From the NCBI GenBank assembly GCA_965113315.1, contig OZ220371.1: a DNA stretch of 64,000 nucleotides. One strand, written 5' to 3'. The notes under the pieces were generated by a model. The model had not been told where the DNA came from and did not search any database. It saw nothing but the letters and a program-made list of their open reading frames with translations. Within the stretch, counting starts at the first letter, position 1, and each line of letters begins with the position of its first letter. The position numbers and the translations under genes were made by a program. This document shows, piece after piece, positions 62,401 through 64,000 of this stretch. Source of the stretch: Podarcis vaucheri (Eukaryota).

Positions 62401-64000
62401 TCTTCCATGACATGCAACAAGCTTTAGATCAGGGATGGGGCACCTCAGGCTTGGAGCGGGGGAGGGGAGGGGGGAATGTGTATGTGACTGGAATGTGGCC
62501 CATAGCAAACAGGAAATAGACACATCTGTTGCTTCATCAATTTTTTCTTCTGGCCCTGCCCATTTTCTGCCTTTGGCCCCACTCGCCATTGTCTTGAGGC
62601 CCTTAGATACTTGCCCACAAGTAAGTGTGGTTACTGGGCTGAAGAAAGGCTGAAAAAGGTTGCTCCAGAATAAAGACTCCAAATATGGTACTTACATGGT
62701 CACATGTGTGATTCATGAGTTCATGTAACATGTGATTAGGAGCATGGTTTGAAACCTGGGAGTTCCTAACTAGAGAGAACTTTGTAGTAATGGTCCAATA
62801 AGCAAGACAATGCTGTTACAAACTTTCTTTTTCTGTGAATACCCATTTCGCGCAGTTATGCCCACTCCCTAGACTGTGTTGATTCCACATTAAATCACTC
62901 TTGGAAACCATTGTGTCGCCAGAGATCACCAGTCTTGTTTTTCTCTGCAGCCTTGATTAATGGATAGATCTCTTCCATAGGCAAAATATCATTCCTTCTT
63001 CCCCAACTTCCTGTTTTGGTGGCTAGCAGATTTCTGAACTTTTCATGCTTTATTCTTATCAATGACACATGCGAGCTTTGTGTTCTGCCCAGTGAGATAA
63101 TCAAGTGCTTTTGGCTGGGTTAAGCAACATCAGGTTCCCACTATACTTTTGAGCATTAATTAAACACTTTTATCTGCCTGCATTATGGGCAGTGAATCAT
63201 TCAGCGGCAGAATGTATCACTTTGCATAGCCCTGTAGCTGAAGAAAGTAATGCATATTGATGTAAAAGTTTAAATCACACAGGTGCACTTGTAGGAGTTG
63301 CATCTGTGCACAGAGATATGTGAAAAATATAATGATGGATCTATAATGTATACATAAATCTTAGAAATAGACAAGTGTTTTGCAGTTTCAACATTATGTT
63401 TTCTCAGATATTTTTAAGGAAGTAAAACTCTTGAAAAGTGCACCTGTGTCTCTTACATGTAGTATGAGAAGGGAGCATTAAAACCGCTCCATTAAAGCCA
63501 AAGAATCTTTGAGTAAAACTGCTGTCAGATGATTGGAATTAGGCTCTTAATTCAAGGCTGTATAAATTGTTCTTGTGGACATAATTTCTTTCCCATTGAG
63601 ATGTGTGCTGAAGATCGTTTTTTTCTGTTGCCAGTTATTAGGTCTGCCATCCTGAGCTTGGGTCTTCCAAACTGTCACCTTCAATTAGCAGAGCTTCCTT
63701 TCTCTTGGATGAACAAAAAAGAAAGTGTCCAACTTTAGAAGGGTGTAAGAATGATTTCCAACTGAAAGTGACCACACATTTCCCAGTGGATCAGCCAGTT
63801 ACTGACATGTTTCTGTCAGCCTTGTACAACTTCTTAAGGCAATGGGCGAAACTGGGAGTCATTTTTATATAACATTCTGACTTTTTTACATTAAAGCTTA
63901 TTAGCTGCTGTTTAAAAAGCAGTGTTCCTTATAGGACACAGTCCATTGGGAAGTTCTGTGCAAGCCCCATATTGACATGGATATGTGCCATAGAGGAGAT

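Noticed and set aside
1-64000. Host protein-coding gene from the remaining 60-130 aa ORFs
   Set aside because: No recognisable domains; lengths fit random ORFs in AT-rich intronic/intergenic DNA. Small exons could be missed.

Overview
Vertebrate (squamate, probably lacertid lizard) non-coding DNA with no recognisable host protein-coding gene. It is rich in interspersed repeats: CR1, L2, L1 and RTE-BovB LINE fragments, Sauria/Squam SINEs, Tc1/mariner and hAT MITEs, and solo LTRs. The main feature is an apparently intact, very young Ngaro-type tyrosine-recombinase (YR) retrotransposon on the minus strand (28489-36126). It has split direct repeats (A1-ORFs-B1-A2-spacer-B2) and four ORFs: Gag-like zinc-finger protein, RT/RNase H, YR and an SGNH hydrolase. 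Closer reading suggests several less-described features. The YR and SGNH ORFs lack a usable ATG but follow phase-1 splice acceptors that match phase-1 donors in gag, predicting Gag-YR and Gag-esterase fusions; the SGNH acceptor is conserved in a diverged copy at 57.4 kb. The A2-spacer-B2 tail looks like a separate short transcription unit with a conserved, base-paired spacer. Three further Ngaro derivatives lie nearby: a solo A-spacer-B unit, a B-only insert inside a 78-bp duplication, and a degenerate YR-SGNH-B relic. All family assignments come from motif recognition by eye, without database searches.
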